The notes under the pieces: model-generated
Database searches by the model: none
What the model saw: only the letters and a program-made list of their open reading frames with translations
What the model was told of the DNA's origin: nothing
Part shown: positions 60,272-64,000 of the stretch, one piece after another
Numbering within the stretch: the first letter of the stretch is position 1
Layout: every line of letters starts with the position of its first letter
Virus record (IMG/VR): IMGVR_UViG_3300042887_005053
Location: 124,001-188,000 of that record
Length of the DNA stretch: 64,000 nt
Reading direction: 5' to 3' (one strand)
Program-made: the position numbers and the translations under genes

Positions 60272-61116
60272 ATTCAGTATTCATAGATTTAGACGCACTT
60301 GTAAAAATTGAAAACAAGGCTTGGATTGTTGATAAAAACTCTCCAAATATACCATTGTTAAAGTTATCAAAGTCGGACTTTAACCTAATAAAAAGTGGTA
60401 TATATCGTTCTCAGAATAACAAAATTGAGTTTAATGGTGTCACCTATTGGTTACCAAGTGAACTGATTAATAAGCTTAAAATAAAAGCAAAAATTTCTAA
60501 AATTGATTTTGGTAATTTAGCAATTAGTCTTCAAGAGTTTCTAAATAAGTCAATCATTGATAGTTTAGATTTCGAAGTGAATAGTTTTCTAATTTCAAAG
60601 TTAAAAAACACAGAAGATGATATTTATATTATCTGTTCAAAACAGACTAAGAAAAATTATCAAAATATAACTGATAAAATTGAAAAAGAGTTTTTGAAGA
60701 CAGGTCTTAAAATCAAAAATTATTATTTCATTTCCGAAACATTCTATAATCAAAAAGAAGATAATATTGAGTTTAAAAAAATGAGACTACTATTACAACA
60801 CCTACTTGGTTACAAAACAGAAGGTGATAAATTCATAGATGAAGAGATAACTAAGTATAACAAGATACACTATTATGATTCAAATATTAATACTCTAAAG
60901 ATTTCTGATAAAATAAATGAGTTGTTGAGTTTTGTATTGTCAAATACAGATAAAGGTCTGGCTAATGTTATTAAAGAAGATGTAAAAGATTTCAGACCAA
61001 CACTTTATCTAAATAGAGTAAATGATAACGAAGTGAATAAAATTGATAATAAAAAGATTATTTTGAGTTTATCAACATTAATTAAAACATTTGAATCATT
61101 TAGAAGATTTTATTAA
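60265..61116 (+). CDS. Hypothetical protein, possibly degenerate HAD fold
   Basis: 283 aa. FIDLD near the N-terminus, YIICSK and HYYDS could be HAD motifs I/II/IV. C-terminus IKTFESF. The stop shares a TTAA palindrome with the convergent TerS stop (61113-61116). Confidence 0.55.
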   Translation: MVNSVFIDLDALVKIENKAWIVDKNSPNIPLLKLSKSDFNLIKSGIYRSQNNKIEFNGVTYWLPSELINKLKIKAKISKIDFGNLAISLQEFLNKSIIDSLDFEVNSFLISKLKNTEDDIYIICSKQTKKNYQNITDKIEKEFLKTGLKIKNYYFISETFYNQKEDNIEFKKMRLLLQHLLGYKTEGDKFIDEEITKYNKIHYYDSNINTLKISDKINELLSFVLSNTDKGLANVIKEDVKDFRPTLYLNRVNDNEVNKIDNKKIILSLSTLIKTFESFRRFY

Positions 61117-61736
61117 TCTTTCTTATTTTTAAGATAGTTATCGATCATATTATTTAAACTTCTCGAATCCACAATTTTACCATCTTCCTTAGTATTATCT
61201 TCTATTTGTTGTTCTAAATTCTTTTGTTCCATTGACTCTGACATTTCATTCAGACCTAAATCTATTCTCATTTCTTTATAGAATTTCTCAAGTTCTGTTC
61301 TCTGGCTTTGTGAGAACTTAATATTATCTCGAATCTGTGAAATTGACTGATTAATAACTTCGTGCATTCTAGCTGATGTGTCGCCATTATCAACTTGTCT
61401 TAATTGTGTAAGAAAGTTTTTTCTTGTCATCTTCTGAAGAAAAATAGTGTCTGCATAAACTTGAGCATCTTCTTTCATCTTCTTAATTATATAATCATGG
61501 TGTGCGATTTGAGGATTATCGCCTAAATACAAGTCGACTAATGACTCTAATACTTCAGTTGCTTGATTTTTTGAGTCTTCTAAGTCAGCATCATAGTCAT
61601 AAATTTGAATTTCTCCAAGATCCGGTAGATCTTCTCTTTTAGCTAGATATTTACTAACATCAAGTTCTTTATTATCTTCTTGAATACGATTAAACTCATT
61701 CTGAAGATCATTTATTTTATCTTCTTTCTTGCTCAT
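61113..61736 (-). CDS. gp16: Terminase small subunit (T4 gp16-like)
   Basis: 207 aa, helical. GDTSARMHEVINQSI resembles the gp16 ..PRAYEV..QLI core and IVDSRSLNNMI resembles its C-terminal strand. Adjacent to TerL. Confidence 0.6.
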   Translation of the reverse strand: MSKKEDKINDLQNEFNRIQEDNKELDVSKYLAKREDLPDLGEIQIYDYDADLEDSKNQATEVLESLVDLYLGDNPQIAHHDYIIKKMKEDAQVYADTIFLQKMTRKNFLTQLRQVDNGDTSARMHEVINQSISQIRDNIKFSQSQRTELEKFYKEMRIDLGLNEMSESMEQKNLEQQIEDNTKEDGKIVDSRSLNNMIDNYLKNKKD

Positions 61737-61752
61737 AGGAACAATATATTTC

Positions 61753-61764
61753 TTATATATATTG
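61753..61764. promoter_or_regulatory. Single bidirectional late motif shared by TerS and TerL
   Basis: TTATATATA on + (61753-61761) and CAATATATA on - (61756-61764) overlap on the palindromic ATATATAT core, about 20 nt from each start. Confidence 0.6.
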
Positions 61765-61781
61765 GAAAATTAATATTCCTT

Positions 61782-63926
61782 ATGGCGGTTGCAAAGAAAC
61801 CAACAGAAGAAAAAAAATTTGTATTTACTAGTAAAATCGTTGATGAAGTAACAGAAAAAATTAACGATGGTGTTGTTGTAAAAAGATTTCAAAATCCTTG
61901 GTTCAAGAATGAAGTAGGTGTTAGAAGAGCCGGTCTAACATTTATGATGACTGAAGATGAAATACAAGAATACATTAGGTGTAAAATAGATATACAATAC
62001 TTTGCTGAAAAATATTGTAGAATAAAAACAGAGGATGGTTCGGTTCAAAATATCAAACTTAGAGATTATCAAAGAGATATTTTAGATCTTTATACAAAAA
62101 ATCGATTTAGTATTCTTTGTGGGTCAAGGCAGATTGGTAAAACTATCAATGCTGCGATCGCTATGCTACATTTTATAACATTCAATAATGATAAAAACAT
62201 TATGATTGTTGCTAATGTTAGAGGAACGACCGTCGAAATTATTGATAAAATTAAAAATATCTATATACAGCTACCATTTTTCTTGAAGTCTGCTATCAAA
62301 AACTGGAATCAACAATCTATGATTTTTGAAAACGGTTGTCGTATAAAATCAGCAGCTAGAAGCAAAACACCAGCCATCGGTTTCACTATTGACTTTTTGT
62401 ATCTCGATGAGTTCGCTCATATTCCAAGTAATATCATCGAACCATACTATACAGCTGCTTTTCCAACCGTTTCGGCTATTGAGAATTCCAAGATCGTTAT
62501 TACTTCTACCCCAAATGGTATGAATCTTTTTTATAGATTATTAACAGACGCTGAAAGACCAGAAGGTGATGCTTTAAAGAACAACTATAAACCAATGAGG
62601 GTTTATTGGTATCAAGTTCCTGGTAGATTTGTTACCTTCTTTAGATTGAATAATCACAGAATGTATGACCAGAAAGTAACTAAAGAATTAATCTTCGAAC
62701 AAGTTTTTGCTGAATTTGGTGATATTACAAAAGTAGAGATGAGGTATAACTCTGACTTAATGAAAGATGTAATTTACATCTATAATAATGATGTTTGTCC
62801 AGATACACTTGTAAAATCTTTCCAAATTAAAAAAGATGATGGACTAGAAATACCAATATTTAGTGTTGCTGAAGTCACAACTTGGAAAGAAGAAGCTATT
62901 AAAGATATTGGTGGAGAAGATGCTTTTAATCAAGAATACGGCCTTAGATTCGTTAATGCCACAAGATCTTTATTAAGTGAGAGTTTAATAGATCAATTAT
63001 TGAATAATAAGAAGAATTATGTATATGAAGAAATATTGGAATTTTCAAAGAAGTTAAAGTTTTCTTATAGTGATTTAAAGTGGATTGATGATGATGATGT
63101 TTTTAATCCACTAATGAGAAATTCAATTAAAGGGGTTATATCGGTTGATATATCTGAAGGATTGGGTCAAGACTATTCGATAATTAATATATTTAAGATA
63201 TCTCCAAAGAACAGTGAAATAATTGATTTTCAACAATTAAATTATACGCAATTATCTGACTTTTTTTGTTTAGAACAAATAGGAATTTTTAGGTCAAATT
63301 TTGTATCAGTAAAACAGTTAGCTGAGTTATTTTATTGCTTGTTATTTGATTATTTTAATTATGAGAATTTTAAAGTAGTTTTAGAATTAAATAACTATGG
63401 TAATGAGTTTTTAGCACATTTGCCATATGTATTTGATGGAAATAACAACTATGGTTCGAATGTTTTCTTTAGATATAAACACAGAGCTGATGCAACAGAA
63501 GAAAAAGTAGGATTAAAAGTTGGTGAAAATAAAAACATGCTTGTTAAAGAGTATCAAGAAGCTATGGATAAGAAAAACTTTATAATTACAAATGAAGATA
63601 ACATCAGAGAGATAACTACATTTGTAAAGCACATAACGCCATCTGGAAATGTTAGATATGCAGCAGATATCGGACACGATGATACTGTTATGACTCTTGT
63701 AAACTCATCCAGTGTTTTCTCTAAATATGAATTCAGAGAAATGGTTGAGGATTATGCATCAAAGGTTGTTGATTCTCATACTTTGAGTGGATGGAAAGAT
63801 ATTCTAAAGAGAAGTGACTTTAAAGAAGGTGTTGATTATTCTTCTATTATTAACATCAATAGACAAAGAAGATTTATGAATCAATATAAGACAAACAATA
63901 ATAATAATAATTGGTTTGGAAAATAA
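61782..63926 (+). CDS. gp17: Terminase large subunit (T4 gp17-like)
   Basis: KLRDYQ adenine motif, Walker A GSRQIGKT, Walker B LYLDEFA, TSTPNG, nuclease VDISEGLGQDYS and HDDTVM. True start is most likely MAVAKK at 61782. Confidence 0.95.
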   Translation: MAVAKKPTEEKKFVFTSKIVDEVTEKINDGVVVKRFQNPWFKNEVGVRRAGLTFMMTEDEIQEYIRCKIDIQYFAEKYCRIKTEDGSVQNIKLRDYQRDILDLYTKNRFSILCGSRQIGKTINAAIAMLHFITFNNDKNIMIVANVRGTTVEIIDKIKNIYIQLPFFLKSAIKNWNQQSMIFENGCRIKSAARSKTPAIGFTIDFLYLDEFAHIPSNIIEPYYTAAFPTVSAIENSKIVITSTPNGMNLFYRLLTDAERPEGDALKNNYKPMRVYWYQVPGRFVTFFRLNNHRMYDQKVTKELIFEQVFAEFGDITKVEMRYNSDLMKDVIYIYNNDVCPDTLVKSFQIKKDDGLEIPIFSVAEVTTWKEEAIKDIGGEDAFNQEYGLRFVNATRSLLSESLIDQLLNNKKNYVYEEILEFSKKLKFSYSDLKWIDDDDVFNPLMRNSIKGVISVDISEGLGQDYSIINIFKISPKNSEIIDFQQLNYTQLSDFFCLEQIGIFRSNFVSVKQLAELFYCLLFDYFNYENFKVVLELNNYGNEFLAHLPYVFDGNNNYGSNVFFRYKHRADATEEKVGLKVGENKNMLVKEYQEAMDKKNFIITNEDNIREITTFVKHITPSGNVRYAADIGHDDTVMTLVNSSSVFSKYEFREMVEDYASKVVDSHTLSGWKDILKRSDFKEGVDYSSIININRQRRFMNQYKTNNNNNNWFGK

Positions 63927-63937
63927 ATATATAATTT

Positions 63938-64000
63938 ATGAATAGAATATCAACTTATCAGCAATTTAATGAGGAAATTTTGGGTGGATTAGGAGACAAG
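63938..64000 (+). CDS. 5' end of a gene with targeting-like N-terminus (truncated)
   Basis: MNRISTYQQFNEEILGGLGDK, preceded by AAATATATA at 63925-63933 and running off the window. Confidence 0.6.
   Translation, partial: MNRISTYQQFNEEILGGLGDK

Noticed and set aside
383-60317. Short antisense and alternate-frame ORFs in the track (e.g. 383-646, 2907-3182, 20583-20915, 22466-23035, 50211-50552, 54529-54840, 60108-60317)
   Set aside because: They are nested inside well-supported genes, have shadow-ORF composition, and have no promoter motif or recognisable domain.
61680-61781. Track start of the terminase ORF at 61680
   Set aside because: It overlaps the opposite-strand TerS gene, encodes low-complexity hydrophobic sequence, and lies upstream of the promoter motif. 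61782 fits better. The track starts at 30861 and 36269 were moved for similar reasons.
62610-62885. Intein in the terminase
   Set aside because: The insert lacks an N-terminal Cys/Ser and a C-terminal His-Asn followed by C/S/T, and has no LAGLIDADG motifs.
63893-63910. AAT/AAC microsatellites (also 2090-2100)
   Set aside because: Short in-frame poly-Asn tracts with no sign of phase-variation function.
775-63933. Eukaryotic giant virus origin suggested by TATA-like motifs
   Set aside because: T4-type sheath, tube, gp26 and terminase, overlapping operons and intrinsic terminators indicate a bacteriophage.
1-64000. Stop-codon reassignment (TAG or TGA recoding as in Lak and some crAss-like phages)
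   Set aside because: Very long ORFs are intact in the standard code. TAG stops (671, 7037, 7917, 18317) are followed by new promoters or starts rather than continued reading frames.
1-64000. CRISPR arrays, tRNA, rRNA, integrase or att sites
   Set aside because: No regularly spaced repeat-spacer pattern or cloverleaf was seen, and intergenic gaps are at most about 230 nt and AT-rich.

Overview
AT-rich, gene-dense 64-kb segment of a T4-like jumbo myophage, read in the standard genetic code. Bacteroidota-type promoter elements point to a Bacteroidota host. Left to right it contains: (i) a ~19.4-kb + strand array of 10 mosaic, beta-rich virion fibre/decoration genes (805-20160); (ii) a tape-measure-like gene and a giant baseplate-wedge-like gene; (iii) a cluster of mostly small genes (30.9-37.5 kb) whose products nearly all start with an M-K-(Y/H)-L-K-x-F-E-x-F-like peptide resembling the T4 capsid-targeting sequence, among them an AAA+ ATPase, a ferritin, an HTH-metallothionein-like fusion, a Zn-finger protein, plus an HNH-cupin fusion that lacks the peptide; (iv) a gp47/Mre11 nuclease, tail tube (gp19), gp51/gp26 hub genes, a 2207-aa repeat fibre with a 462-bp tandem duplication, two paralogous Hef-like homing endonucleases and a 1407-aa tail sheath (gp18); (v) putative internal head proteins, a few early-type genes, and small and large terminase arranged head-to-head around one shared promoter motif. 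Three promoter classes and five intrinsic terminators are readable from the sequence. I saw no tRNA, rRNA, CRISPR array, intein, intron or integrase. All family assignments come from motif recognition by eye, not database searches.
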